Shown here in pieces: positions 47,235 to 56,415 of a stretch of DNA of 64,000 nt; the first letter of the stretch is position 1, and every line of letters begins with the position of its first letter. The notes beneath the pieces were generated by a model. That model was not told the origin of the DNA and did no database searches. It was given only the letters and a program-made list of their open reading frames with translations. The position numbers and the translations under genes are program-made. This DNA comes from Candidatus Binatia bacterium. Lineage in GTDB: Bacteria; Desulfobacterota; Binatia; UBA9968; JAJDTQ01. The stretch lies in contig OY762897.2 of assembly GCA_963666515.2 (NCBI GenBank), positions 1,120,001-1,184,000 of the forward strand, in the 5' to 3' direction.

Positions 47235-48194
47235 ATGATGAAATCGGCCGATTTCGTCGAGGCCCGGCGGAGGCTCGAGGCCAAGCCCCAGTCCACCGGT
47301 GAAAAGCTCACCACCCTGTCCCATGCCGTCGAGAGGGTTCGGGACGGCGACCATATCGCCATAGGAGGGTGCCTCTTCTCGCGCAGCCCGTGGGCGGCCC
47401 TACTGGAGGTGTTGCGCCAGCAGAGACGCGGGCTGACCTTGTCACGCAACCTCATGTGCTACGAGGGCGAGCTGTTCATGGCGGCCAAGGCCGTGGACGG
47501 GCTGATGACGAGCTGGTTCGACATCGCCCTCCCCTGGGGCCTCTCCCTCAAGCTCCGCGAGGAGGTTGAAGCCGGACGGATACGTTTCGAGGAGTGGAGC
47601 CATCTGGGACTTGGACTTCGTTACCGCGCCGGGGCCATGGGCGTCCCGTTCCTGCCCACCCTGACCATGCTGGGGTCGGACCTGATGGGCGTGACCGATA
47701 CGAAGACCATGCAGTGCCCGTTCACGGGAGAGACGCTGTGCCTGGTGCCGGGCCTTTTCCCCGAGGTGGCGCTGCTCCACGTGCACCGGGCCGACCGCTT
47801 CGGCAATTGCCAGATCGACGGCTACCCGCACATGGACACGGACATCGCCAAGGCCGCGGCCACCGTGATCGTCACCGCGGAGGAGATCATCGACGAGGAG
47901 GAGGTCCGCCGACGGCCCGACCGCACCGTGATACCCGGGCTCGTGGTGGACGCGGTGGTGGAGGCCCCCTACGGGTCTTTCCCGCACGAATGCTACGGCC
48001 TGTACGAAGCCGACTTCGCCCACTTCGAGGCCTACACCGATGCCGTCAAGGCCCGCGGCACCGGCGCCGTCAACGACTATCTCGACCGCTACGTCTACGG
48101 CGTCTCCGGTCACGAGGAGTACCTGGCGTTGTTCGGCGACGAGGCGCTGGCGCGGCAGCGGCGGTGCGCCGAGGAGTTGCTGGGGCCGAGATGA
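47235..48194 (+). CDS. Family I CoA-transferase subunit A (GctA/PcaI-like)
   Basis: VRDGD.IAIGG, AGAMGVPFLP, HVHRADRFGN, VDAVVEAPYGSFP. Confidence 0.88.
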   Translation: MMKSADFVEARRRLEAKPQSTGEKLTTLSHAVERVRDGDHIAIGGCLFSRSPWAALLEVLRQQRRGLTLSRNLMCYEGELFMAAKAVDGLMTSWFDIALPWGLSLKLREEVEAGRIRFEEWSHLGLGLRYRAGAMGVPFLPTLTMLGSDLMGVTDTKTMQCPFTGETLCLVPGLFPEVALLHVHRADRFGNCQIDGYPHMDTDIAKAAATVIVTAEEIIDEEEVRRRPDRTVIPGLVVDAVVEAPYGSFPHECYGLYEADFAHFEAYTDAVKARGTGAVNDYLDRYVYGVSGHEEYLALFGDEALARQRRCAEELLGPR

Positions 48195-48952
48195 ACTACT
48201 CCGCCACCGAGTTGCTGGCCGTGGTGGCCGCCCGCCAGCTCGCGGGCGTGAGTTCGGTGTTCGCCGGCGTGGGCGTGCCGCTCGTGTCCGCGGTGCTGGC
48301 GCAGAAAACCCGCGCGCCCCAGCTCGTCATCGTGGTGGAAGGCGGCAGCATGGGGCCGCAGATGGTGCCGGGGCGGTTGCCGTACTCCACCAACGAGATG
48401 CGCACGGCGCCCAGGGCGCAGATGCTGCCGGGCATCACCGACACGTTCCTGTTCGCCCAGAGAGGGTTCCTCGACGTGGGGTTCGTGGGCGGCGCGCAGA
48501 TCGACTGCCACGGCAACCTCAACTCCAGCGTCATCGGCAGCTACGAGCGCCCCAAGGTGCGGCTGCCGGGCAGCGGCGGCGCCAACGACATCATCTCGCT
48601 GTGCCGCAAGGTGATGGTGGTGACCATGCACGAGCGGCGCCGGTTCGTGCCCCGGGTGGACTTCATCACCAGTCCGGGATTCCTCGAGGGCGGGGACTCG
48701 CGCCGCAAGGCGGGCCTCGTGTTCGGCACCGTCAGCCGCATCGTGACCCATCTGGGCACGCTCGCGTTCGACGACGAGACCAGGCGGCTGCGGCTGGAGA
48801 GCCTCCATCCTGGCGTCACCGTTCAGGAAGTGCTGGACAATACGGGGTTCGAGCTGCCCGTGCCCGATGACGTGCCTGTGACCGAGCCGCCCAGCGAGGA
48901 AGAGTTGGAAACCCTGCGGAGCATCGACCCGGAGAGGAATTTTCTCGGTTAG
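48191..48952 (+). CDS. Family I CoA-transferase subunit B (GctB/PcaJ-like)
   Basis: FAGVGVP, VVEGG (catalytic Glu), GGAQID.HGNLN, RLPGSGG.ND; ATGA overlap with subunit A. Confidence 0.88.
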   Translation: MNYSATELLAVVAARQLAGVSSVFAGVGVPLVSAVLAQKTRAPQLVIVVEGGSMGPQMVPGRLPYSTNEMRTAPRAQMLPGITDTFLFAQRGFLDVGFVGGAQIDCHGNLNSSVIGSYERPKVRLPGSGGANDIISLCRKVMVVTMHERRRFVPRVDFITSPGFLEGGDSRRKAGLVFGTVSRIVTHLGTLAFDDETRRLRLESLHPGVTVQEVLDNTGFELPVPDDVPVTEPPSEEELETLRSIDPERNFLG

Positions 48953-48980
48953 AGGGAAGAACACAAGGGAGCCTCATTTC

Positions 48981-49922
48981 ATGCCGGTACAGTTTGGAGT
49001 CGCCATTCGCAATTTCGTCGGTCCGGGCGAGACCCCGGACGTGGACGGGTTGATACGTTATTCCCGCCGCGCCGAGGAGCTGGGCTTCGAGTCGCTCTGG
49101 GCCTGGGACCACGTCCTCCTGGGGGTGGAACCGAGCTTCCCGGTGCTGGACTCGCTGACCATCCTCACGGCCATCGCCGCGCGCACCGAGCGCATCCGGC
49201 TGGGCACCGGGGTGATGGTGCTGCCGTTGCGCAACCCGGTGGTGACCGCCAAGGTGCTGGCCAGCCTGGACCAGATATCCAACGGGCGCCTGCTGCTGGG
49301 GGCGGCCTCGGGCTGGTACGCGCGGGAGTTCGACGCCGTCGGCATCTCCTTCAAGGACCGCGGCCGCATCTTCGAGCGCAACCTCGACCTGCTGGTGCGG
49401 CTGTGGACCGAGGACATGGTGACCGAGCAGGTGGACGAGCTGAACCTGCGGTCCGCGGTGCTCCTGCCCAAGCCGGTGCAGAAGCCCCATCCGCCCATCC
49501 TGATCGGAGGCTACATCAACCGCGTGCTGCGCCGCGCGGGTCAGAAGGGCGACGGCTGGCTCACTTACTTCTACACGCCGGAGGGTTTCTCCAAGAGCTG
49601 GGCCAGGGTCCTGGAGGCGGCGGAGAAGGCCGGGCGGGACCCGTCGAAGCTGACCGCCACCAACCAGCTCGCCATCTACGTGGGGCCCTCGAAAGAAGCG
49701 GCGGACGAGCCCATGCGCCACTGGCTGACCACCGAGTGGGACATCGCCAAGTGGAGCGACTCCACCATCGAGCACGCCATTCGCGGCACCGCGGACGAGT
49801 GCGTGGAGCAGCTCCAGGCCCACGTCGACGCCGGCGTCCACCGGATCATCCTGATCCCCTACCGGTACGAGCCGGAGCAGTTGGAGCTGATCGCCTCGGA
49901 GGTGATCCCCAGGCTGACCTGA
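48981..49922 (+). CDS. LLM-class (probably F420-dependent) oxidoreductase
   Basis: GFESLWAWDH, LDQISNGRL, PKPVQKPHPPILIGG. Confidence 0.88.
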   Translation: MPVQFGVAIRNFVGPGETPDVDGLIRYSRRAEELGFESLWAWDHVLLGVEPSFPVLDSLTILTAIAARTERIRLGTGVMVLPLRNPVVTAKVLASLDQISNGRLLLGAASGWYAREFDAVGISFKDRGRIFERNLDLLVRLWTEDMVTEQVDELNLRSAVLLPKPVQKPHPPILIGGYINRVLRRAGQKGDGWLTYFYTPEGFSKSWARVLEAAEKAGRDPSKLTATNQLAIYVGPSKEAADEPMRHWLTTEWDIAKWSDSTIEHAIRGTADECVEQLQAHVDAGVHRIILIPYRYEPEQLELIASEVIPRLT

Positions 49923-49935
49923 GGGGCGCGACGAC

Positions 49936-50835
49936 ATGCGGTTTGACTATTTCGAGCCGACGACGCTGGAGGAAGCCAGCGACCTGCTGCGGGAAGGGAA
50001 GGGCGCCCGCAAACCGCTTGCCGGCGGCACCGACATCGTCATACAGTTGCGCCGTCGCGCGGCCGGGGCCGAGGGTCTGGTGAACCTGAAGCGGATACCG
50101 GAGCTGTCAGGCTGGACCTGCGAACCCGGCGGCGGGCTTAGGCTCGGAGCCTGCACGCCCATGCGGGATCTGGAGACCTCGGCCGCGGTGGGCGAGCGGT
50201 TCCCCTCCATCGTCGAGGCGCTCCGGGTGGTGGGGTCGCTGCAGTTGAGGAACATCGCCAGCGTGGGCGGCAACCTGTGCAATGCCTCGCCGTCCGCGGA
50301 CACGGCGCCGCCGCTCATGGTCCTGGGGGCCGCGGCGAGCCTGCGGACCCCCGAAGCCCGGCGCGAGACCGTGCCGGTGGAGGGTTTCTTCGCAGGGCCG
50401 GGCGCGTCGGTGCTGGGCACGGGCGGGCTGCTGCTGGCGGTGGAGGTGCCGGAGCCGGCGCCGCGCTCGGGCGACGCCTTCGAGCGGTTCACGCCGCGCT
50501 CCGCCATGGACATCGCCATCGCCAGCGCCGCGGCCGCGGTGACGCTGGACGCGGCCGGTGGAAGGATCGAGGCGGTGCGCATCGCCCTGGGCGCGGTGGC
50601 GCCCACGCCGGTCCGGGCGTCCAAGGCCGAGGAGATGGTGCTGGGGAAGGAACCGGCCCCGAAACTCCTGGAGTGGGCCGGGGCCGCGGCCATGGAAGAA
50701 TGCCGCCCCATCGACGACATCCGCGGGTCCGCGGCCTACCGCAAGGAGCTGGTGCGGATCCTCGTTCAACGGGTATTGCGGCAGGCGGTGGAACGGGCCC
50801 GCGCCCGGGCAAACGGCGGGACGGAAACGGTATGA
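49936..50835 (+). CDS. Mo-hydroxylase FAD subunit (NdhF-like)
   Basis: LAGGTD, RNIASVGGNLCNASPSAD, PIDDIRGSA.YR. Confidence 0.92.
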   Translation: MRFDYFEPTTLEEASDLLREGKGARKPLAGGTDIVIQLRRRAAGAEGLVNLKRIPELSGWTCEPGGGLRLGACTPMRDLETSAAVGERFPSIVEALRVVGSLQLRNIASVGGNLCNASPSADTAPPLMVLGAAASLRTPEARRETVPVEGFFAGPGASVLGTGGLLLAVEVPEPAPRSGDAFERFTPRSAMDIAIASAAAAVTLDAAGGRIEAVRIALGAVAPTPVRASKAEEMVLGKEPAPKLLEWAGAAAMEECRPIDDIRGSAAYRKELVRILVQRVLRQAVERARARANGGTETV

Positions 50836-51311
50836 AACAGCGTTACGCTCTGCGGGTGAACGGCGGCGTGAGGGAAACGGAGGCGGAGCCCCACGAGTCC
50901 CTGCTGGACGTGCTGCGGGAGAACCTTCGGCTGACCGGCAGCAAGAAGGGCTGCAACGAGGCCGAGTGCGGCTCGTGCACGGTGTTGCTCGACGGCCGGC
51001 CGGTGGTGTCGTGCCTGGTGCTGGTTCCGGATGCCGTGGACCGGGAGATCGTCACCATCGAAGCCCTGGCCGGGGACGGCACACCGCATCCGGTGCAGCG
51101 GCAGATGGTGGAGCAGGGGGGCGTGCAGTGCGGCTACTGCACGCCGGGCATGATCATGAGCGCCTACGCGCTTCTCCAGGAAAACCCGGATCCCACGGAC
51201 GAGGAGATCCGCTTCGCCATTTCCGGCAACATCTGCCGCTGCACGGGCTACGGCAAGATCGTGAAGGCCGTGCGCGCGGCCGCGGAAGAGATGGGGAACG
51301 AGGGAACATGA
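50832..51311 (+). CDS. Mo-hydroxylase (2Fe-2S) subunit (NdhS-like)
   Basis: GCNEAECGSC, QCGYCTPG, NICRCTGY. Confidence 0.94.
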   Translation: MKQRYALRVNGGVRETEAEPHESLLDVLRENLRLTGSKKGCNEAECGSCTVLLDGRPVVSCLVLVPDAVDREIVTIEALAGDGTPHPVQRQMVEQGGVQCGYCTPGMIMSAYALLQENPDPTDEEIRFAISGNICRCTGYGKIVKAVRAAAEEMGNEGT

Positions 51312-52621
51312 GCGAGGATGCCTCTCAAGAGACGGCCGGCCCGTATCACTGGATCGGCAGGAACGTCACCAAGCCCGACGCGCTGGAGAAGGCCCTGGGC
51401 GCCACCGAGTACGTGGGCGACATGGTGGCGCCGGGCATGCTCCACGCCAAGATCCTGTGGGCCGGTATGCCCCACGCGGTGATCCGCAACATCGACACCC
51501 GGGAGGCCGCCCGGGTGCCGGGCGTGGCCGCGGTGCTCACGGCCGCGGACGTGCCCGGCACCAACCGCTACGGCCTCGCGGTGCTCGACCAGCGGGCGCT
51601 GGCGGACGACAAGGTGCGCTCCGCGGGCGACGCCCTGGCGCTGGTGGCCGCGGAAGACGAGGAGGCGGCCGAGGAGGCGGTGTCGAAGATCAAGGTGGAC
51701 CTGGAGCCGTTGCGCCCCATTCTCACCTACGAGGACGCCCTGGACCCCGACGCGCCTTCGGTCCACGACGGCGGCAACGTGTTCCAGCACACCACGGTGC
51801 GGAAGGGCGACCTGGAGAAAGGCATCCAGGAGTCCGACGTGATCGTGGAGAACGCCTACCACACCCACCGCATGGACCACGTGCCCATGGAGCCGGAGGC
51901 GGGGCTGGCCTACGTCGATCCCTCCGGGGTGCTCAACATCCTGGTGGGGACCCAGTACCCCTACCGGGACCGCCGGCAGATCGCGCCCGCCCTGGACCTG
52001 GCCATGAACAAGGTGCGGGTGATCCAGGCGCCCATCGGCGGCGGCTTCGGCCGCAAGGACGACATCACCGCGGAGATCCACGTGGGCCTGCTGGCCTTGA
52101 AGACGCGCCGGCCCGTGCGCTTGGTCTACACGCGTGAAGAGTCCCTCATCGCCAACACCAAGCGCCATCCCATGGCCATGAAGTTCCGCACCGGCGCCCG
52201 CTCGGACGGACGGCTGACCTTCCTGGACGGCGACATCTACGGCGACACCGGCGCGGGAATCTCCCTGGGGGCTTACGTGATCAAGAAGGCGGGCATCCAC
52301 GCCACCGGACCCTACGACGTGCCCAACATCCGGGTGGACACCTACACGCTCTACACCAACAACCTGGTCTCCGGGGCCATGCGCGGCTTCGGGGTGATGC
52401 AGGCGGCGGTGGCCCACGAATCGCAGATGGACCAGTTGGCCCATAAGCTCGGCATGTCGCCGCTGGAGTTCCGCATCAAGAACTGCCTCAAGCCGGGGCT
52501 GGCGTCCTCCACCGGGCAGTTGATGAACGAGGGTTGCGGCATCGAGGCGACGCTGCAGCGGATCAAGGAATACATGAGCGCGCACGACCTGCGCTTCAAG
52601 CGGTCTCAAGCGGCTTCGTGA
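51308..52621 (+). CDS. Mo-hydroxylase large molybdopterin subunit, N-terminal half (NdhL-like)
   Basis: GTQYP, IGGGFGRK, KRHP, TNN...AMRGFG; ends shortly after STGQ. Confidence 0.9.
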   Translation: MSEDASQETAGPYHWIGRNVTKPDALEKALGATEYVGDMVAPGMLHAKILWAGMPHAVIRNIDTREAARVPGVAAVLTAADVPGTNRYGLAVLDQRALADDKVRSAGDALALVAAEDEEAAEEAVSKIKVDLEPLRPILTYEDALDPDAPSVHDGGNVFQHTTVRKGDLEKGIQESDVIVENAYHTHRMDHVPMEPEAGLAYVDPSGVLNILVGTQYPYRDRRQIAPALDLAMNKVRVIQAPIGGGFGRKDDITAEIHVGLLALKTRRPVRLVYTREESLIANTKRHPMAMKFRTGARSDGRLTFLDGDIYGDTGAGISLGAYVIKKAGIHATGPYDVPNIRVDTYTLYTNNLVSGAMRGFGVMQAAVAHESQMDQLAHKLGMSPLEFRIKNCLKPGLASSTGQLMNEGCGIEATLQRIKEYMSAHDLRFKRSQAAS

Positions 52622-52641
52622 GTTCCGCGGGCTGGACGGCC

Positions 52642-53655
52642 ATGGCGATAAGAAAAGGCTTGGGCATCGGCTCCATGTACTACGGCATCGGCTACGGCTT
52701 CAGCCGGGCCGACATCGGCTCGGCCGAAATCGAGATGGCCGAGGACGGCACCACCACGGTCTACTCGGGGGCGTGCGACATGGGCCAGGGGGTCATGACC
52801 GTGGTGACCCAGGTGGCCGCAGAAGAGCTGGGCATCGAGCCCGAGCAGATACGGGTGGTGGCGGCCGATACCGGCAGTACGCCCGACGCCGGCCCCACCT
52901 CCGGGAGCCGCGCCACCTTCGTCCAGGGCGTTGCGGTGCAGAACGCGGCCCGGGAGCTGCGGGAGCAGATCCTGGACATGGCCTCGCGGATGCTGGAGTG
53001 TCCCAGGGAGAACCTCCACGTGCGGCGCGGCGAGGTCTGCGAGGTCGGCACCGACCGGCCCATGGTGTCGGTGGGCAAGGTGGCGCACCAGCTCCACTTC
53101 CACGGGCGGCGGGCCGCGGCCTGGGGCTGGCACGACAACACCACCGCGGACGTGGACCCGGAGACCTCCCAGGGCGACGCCTACGCTACCTACGGCTGGG
53201 CCACCCAGTTGGCGGAGGTGGAGGTGGACACCGAGACCGGACGCATCCGTCTCACCAAGCTGGTCTCCGCCACCGACGCCGGCAAGGCCATCAACCCGGT
53301 GGCGGTAGAGGGCCAGATCGAGGGCGGCGCCGCCATGGGCCTGGGCTACGGCCTCTACGAGCAGCACATCCTGGAGAACGGCGTGCCGCGCACCGCGTCG
53401 CTGGCGTTCTACCTGGTGCCCACGTCCATGGACGTGCCGGACATTGAGTGCGAGATCGTGGAGGTGCCCGATCCCAGGGGGCCGTTCGGCGCCAAGGGGG
53501 TGGCGGAGCCGGCCACCATCCCCACCACGCCGGCGATCCTGAACGCCATCTACGACGCCATCGGCATCCGCATCACCGAGACGCCCATCACCCCGGAGCG
53601 GGTCTTCTTCGCCATCCAGGAAGCCAAGGCCAGGGGCGAGTTCACCGACGACTGA
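52642..53655 (+). CDS. Mo-hydroxylase medium molybdopterin subunit, C-terminal half (NdhM-like)
   Basis: KGLGIGSMYYGIG, DMGQG, TSGSR, GQIEGG, GAKGVAEP; in-frame GTG at 52618 overlaps the upstream stop. Confidence 0.9.
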   Translation: MAIRKGLGIGSMYYGIGYGFSRADIGSAEIEMAEDGTTTVYSGACDMGQGVMTVVTQVAAEELGIEPEQIRVVAADTGSTPDAGPTSGSRATFVQGVAVQNAARELREQILDMASRMLECPRENLHVRRGEVCEVGTDRPMVSVGKVAHQLHFHGRRAAAWGWHDNTTADVDPETSQGDAYATYGWATQLAEVEVDTETGRIRLTKLVSATDAGKAINPVAVEGQIEGGAAMGLGYGLYEQHILENGVPRTASLAFYLVPTSMDVPDIECEIVEVPDPRGPFGAKGVAEPATIPTTPAILNAIYDAIGIRITETPITPERVFFAIQEAKARGEFTDD

Positions 53656-53680
53656 TTCGCTAAGCCAGGAGGCAGCCAAA

Positions 53681-54370
53681 TTGGGTAAACGGGTCGGACT
53701 GCTCATCCCCTCATCGAACACCGTCATGGAGGTGGACTTCTACCGCCACCTGCCGGACTCGGCCACGGTCCACACCGGGCGCATGTACATGGAGGCCACC
53801 ACGGTCAAGGGCGAGGAGGAGATGCTCGACGACCATTGCCTGCCCACCGCCGGCGATGTGGCCACGGCCAAGCCCGACCTGGTGGTGTTCGGCTGCACCA
53901 GCGCCGGGGCGCTCCGGGGCAACGCCTACGACGCGGATCTGTGCCGCCGCATCTCCGACGTGACCGGCAAGCCCACCGTCAGCGTCATCGAGTCGGTGCG
54001 GCGCAAGCTGATGTCTTTGGAGGTACAGCGGGTGGCGGTGCTGACGCCCTACATCGAGGACTTGAACGTCCGCATCAAGGCCAGCGTGGAGGACGACGGC
54101 ATCGAGGTGGTCTCGATCCACGGCATGGGCATCGACATAAACTTCAATCTCGCGCTGGTGGAGCCGCCGGAGATACTGGCCTTCGCCCGGGAGAAGCTGG
54201 GCCCGGACCCGCGGGCGGACGCGCTGTTCATCTCCTGCACCAACTACCAGGCCGTGGCGACGCTGCCGCGCCTGAAGGAGACCTACGACCTGCCCATCGT
54301 CACCAGCAACCAGGCCGCCCTCGAAGCCGTGGGCCGGGCGCTGGACCTGGAGCTGGTGGGCATGGGATGA
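53681..54370 (+). CDS. Maleate cis-trans isomerase / Asp-Glu racemase family protein
   Basis: GLLIPSSNTVME, FGCTS and ISCTN (both catalytic Cys), VTSNQA; TTG start after AGGAGG. Confidence 0.85.
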   Translation: MGKRVGLLIPSSNTVMEVDFYRHLPDSATVHTGRMYMEATTVKGEEEMLDDHCLPTAGDVATAKPDLVVFGCTSAGALRGNAYDADLCRRISDVTGKPTVSVIESVRRKLMSLEVQRVAVLTPYIEDLNVRIKASVEDDGIEVVSIHGMGIDINFNLALVEPPEILAFAREKLGPDPRADALFISCTNYQAVATLPRLKETYDLPIVTSNQAALEAVGRALDLELVGMG

Positions 54371-54383
54371 GGGAGGAACCCCC

Positions 54384-55256
54384 ATGGAATTCATGAAGCT
54401 CGACGGCGCCGTGGACCTGCACGTGCACTCCTACCCGTGCGTGTTCCAGCGGCGGGTGGATGACCGCGAAGCCGTCAAGGCGGCCTCGGAGGCCGGGATG
54501 GCCGCCATCGTGCTGAAGTGCCACCACGAGAGCACGGTGAGCCGCGCCTACCTGATCCAGAAGGAGTTTCCCGACATCAAGGTGTTCGGCGGCGTGGTGA
54601 TGAACCAGTTCGTGGGCGGCATCAACCCCGCCGCGGCCGAGGTGGCCCTCCGGCTCGGCGCCAAGGAGGTCTGGATGCCCACCATCGACGCCGCCCATCA
54701 CGTGGATATCCATGGCGCCCGGGGCAGCTACGACACCCAGACCAGCGGCTCGGACTTCGTCTGGGGCGAGCCCATCTCCGCTGTGAAGGACGGCAAGGTG
54801 GTGGACGAGGCCCTGGTGGTGCTGGAGCTGATCGCCAAGCACGACGCCATCCTCGGCACCGCTCACCTCTCCCTCGGCGAGATCGAGCTGCTGGTGAAGG
54901 CGGCCCACGAGCGCGGGGTCAAGAAGATCCTCATCACCCATCCCTACTTCCGCGTGCCCGCGGGCATGAACCTCGACTTCCTCAAGCAGATGATGCGCTA
55001 CGGCGCCATCGGCGAGTTCGGCTACTGCACCATCTCGCCCATGTGGGCCTACGTGAACCTGGAGTTCACCAAGGGCATCATGGACTCCATGGGCTTCGAC
55101 AACTGCCTGGTCATGAGCGACACCGGCCAGTCCCACAACCCGCTGCCGCCCGAGGCGCTGTGGCTCTATGCCCAGGGCCTGTACGAGAAGGGGGTCTCGC
55201 CCCGCAACGTCGAGAAGCTCATCATCGACAACCCCCGGGCGATGCTCGGCCTCTGA
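54384..55256 (+). CDS. Amidohydrolase-fold protein (DUF6282-like)
   Basis: DLHVH, LKCH, VWMPT, TAHLS, ITHP, SDTGQ, NP..ML. Confidence 0.78.
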   Translation: MEFMKLDGAVDLHVHSYPCVFQRRVDDREAVKAASEAGMAAIVLKCHHESTVSRAYLIQKEFPDIKVFGGVVMNQFVGGINPAAAEVALRLGAKEVWMPTIDAAHHVDIHGARGSYDTQTSGSDFVWGEPISAVKDGKVVDEALVVLELIAKHDAILGTAHLSLGEIELLVKAAHERGVKKILITHPYFRVPAGMNLDFLKQMMRYGAIGEFGYCTISPMWAYVNLEFTKGIMDSMGFDNCLVMSDTGQSHNPLPPEALWLYAQGLYEKGVSPRNVEKLIIDNPRAMLGL

Positions 55257-55275
55257 GGAAGGTGCTGGCGGCGCC

Positions 55276-55350
55276 GGACGAACGGAAACATGGCTTCACC
55301 CACCGTTCGTCCTGAGCGTAGCGAGGGCCACCGAGCGAAGTCGAAGGGCG
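55276..55350. repeat. CCGTTCGTCCTGAGC...GTCGAAGG palindromic element, partial
   Basis: 55303-55350 matches the right arm of 63257-63382; an inverted remnant GGACGAACGG lies at 55276-55285. Confidence 0.75.
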
Positions 55351-55370
55351 CAAGCTTGGAGAGGACAACC

Positions 55371-56405
55371 ATGACCGATTGGGCATCGCGAGGACGGATC
55401 GCGGAGGACATTACCGAGGCCGCGGGACTGACGCCGCTGCTGCGGCTCCGCAAGGTGGGAGCGGGGCCGCAGACGCTGTGCGGCAAGCTCGAATTCATGA
55501 ACCCATCGTCGAGCCTCAAGGACCGCATCCTGCGGCGCATGGTCCGGAGCGCGGAGGAGCGGGGCGATCTCAAGCCCGGCATGACCATCCTGGAGGCTTC
55601 CACCGGCAGCACCGGCATCGCCACTTCCATGATCGGCGCGGTGTGCGGCTACCCGGTGGTGGTGGTGATGCCCGAGGGCATGAGCGAGGAGCGCAAGGCC
55701 TCCATGCGGGCCTACGGCGCCGAGTTGGTGCTCACCCCCGGGGCCGAGAGCGACGTGGACCTGTGCCTGGAAAAGGTCGAGGAGTTGAAGCGCGCCGAGC
55801 CGGACCGCTACTGGGAGCCCGGCCAGTTCTCCAACCGGGACAACATCGCAGCCCACTACGAGACCACCGGGCCGGAGATCTGGCAGCAGACCGGCGGCCA
55901 AGTGGACGTGTTCGTGGCCTCCCAGGGCAGCGGCGGCACCGTGTCCGGCGTCGGCAAGTACCTGAAGGAGCAGAACCCCGACGCGAAAATCTACGCCGTG
56001 GAACCGGAAGAGTGTCCGATTCTGTCCGGCGGCACCTGGGGCCCCCACGCCATCGAGGGCATCGGCGACGGCTTCATCCCCGAGAACCTGGACCTGGACT
56101 ACGTGGACGGCGTGGTGACGGTCTCCTCCGAGGACTCCATCGCCATGGCCCGCCGCCTGGCACGCGAAGAGGGCGTCCTGTGCGGCATCTCGTCCGGCTG
56201 CAACGTAGTGGCGGCCAACAAGCTCTCCGCGGCGTTGCCCTCCACCAAGATGATCGTGACCATGATCAACGACACCGGCATGCGCTACTTCTCCACCCCG
56301 CTCTTCGGCAACGACGAGGCCGTGGATATCCCCGACCGCGAGCACCCCATCCGCGAAGAGGACAAGGCCAACCTGGCGCGGCGGAACCTGCACATCGTGC
56401 GGTAG
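55371..56405 (+). CDS. Cysteine synthase family PLP enzyme
   Basis: KLEFMNPSSSLKDR, QFSN..N...HYETTGPEI, GSGGT, HAIEGIG, GISSG. Confidence 0.85.
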   Translation: MTDWASRGRIAEDITEAAGLTPLLRLRKVGAGPQTLCGKLEFMNPSSSLKDRILRRMVRSAEERGDLKPGMTILEASTGSTGIATSMIGAVCGYPVVVVMPEGMSEERKASMRAYGAELVLTPGAESDVDLCLEKVEELKRAEPDRYWEPGQFSNRDNIAAHYETTGPEIWQQTGGQVDVFVASQGSGGTVSGVGKYLKEQNPDAKIYAVEPEECPILSGGTWGPHAIEGIGDGFIPENLDLDYVDGVVTVSSEDSIAMARRLAREEGVLCGISSGCNVVAANKLSAALPSTKMIVTMINDTGMRYFSTPLFGNDEAVDIPDREHPIREEDKANLARRNLHIVR

Positions 56406-56415
56406 CCTCCACAGC

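Noticed and set aside
52600-52645. Frameshifted pseudogene or Sec read-through between Mo subunits L and M
   Set aside because: The ORFs are in different frames, so UGA read-through would not fuse them, and the break matches the natural NdhL/NdhM split.
55290-55370. N-terminal extension MASPTVRPERSEG... of the cysteine synthase-like gene
   Set aside because: It is translated repeat sequence; the GGAGAGGA RBS supports ATG 55371.
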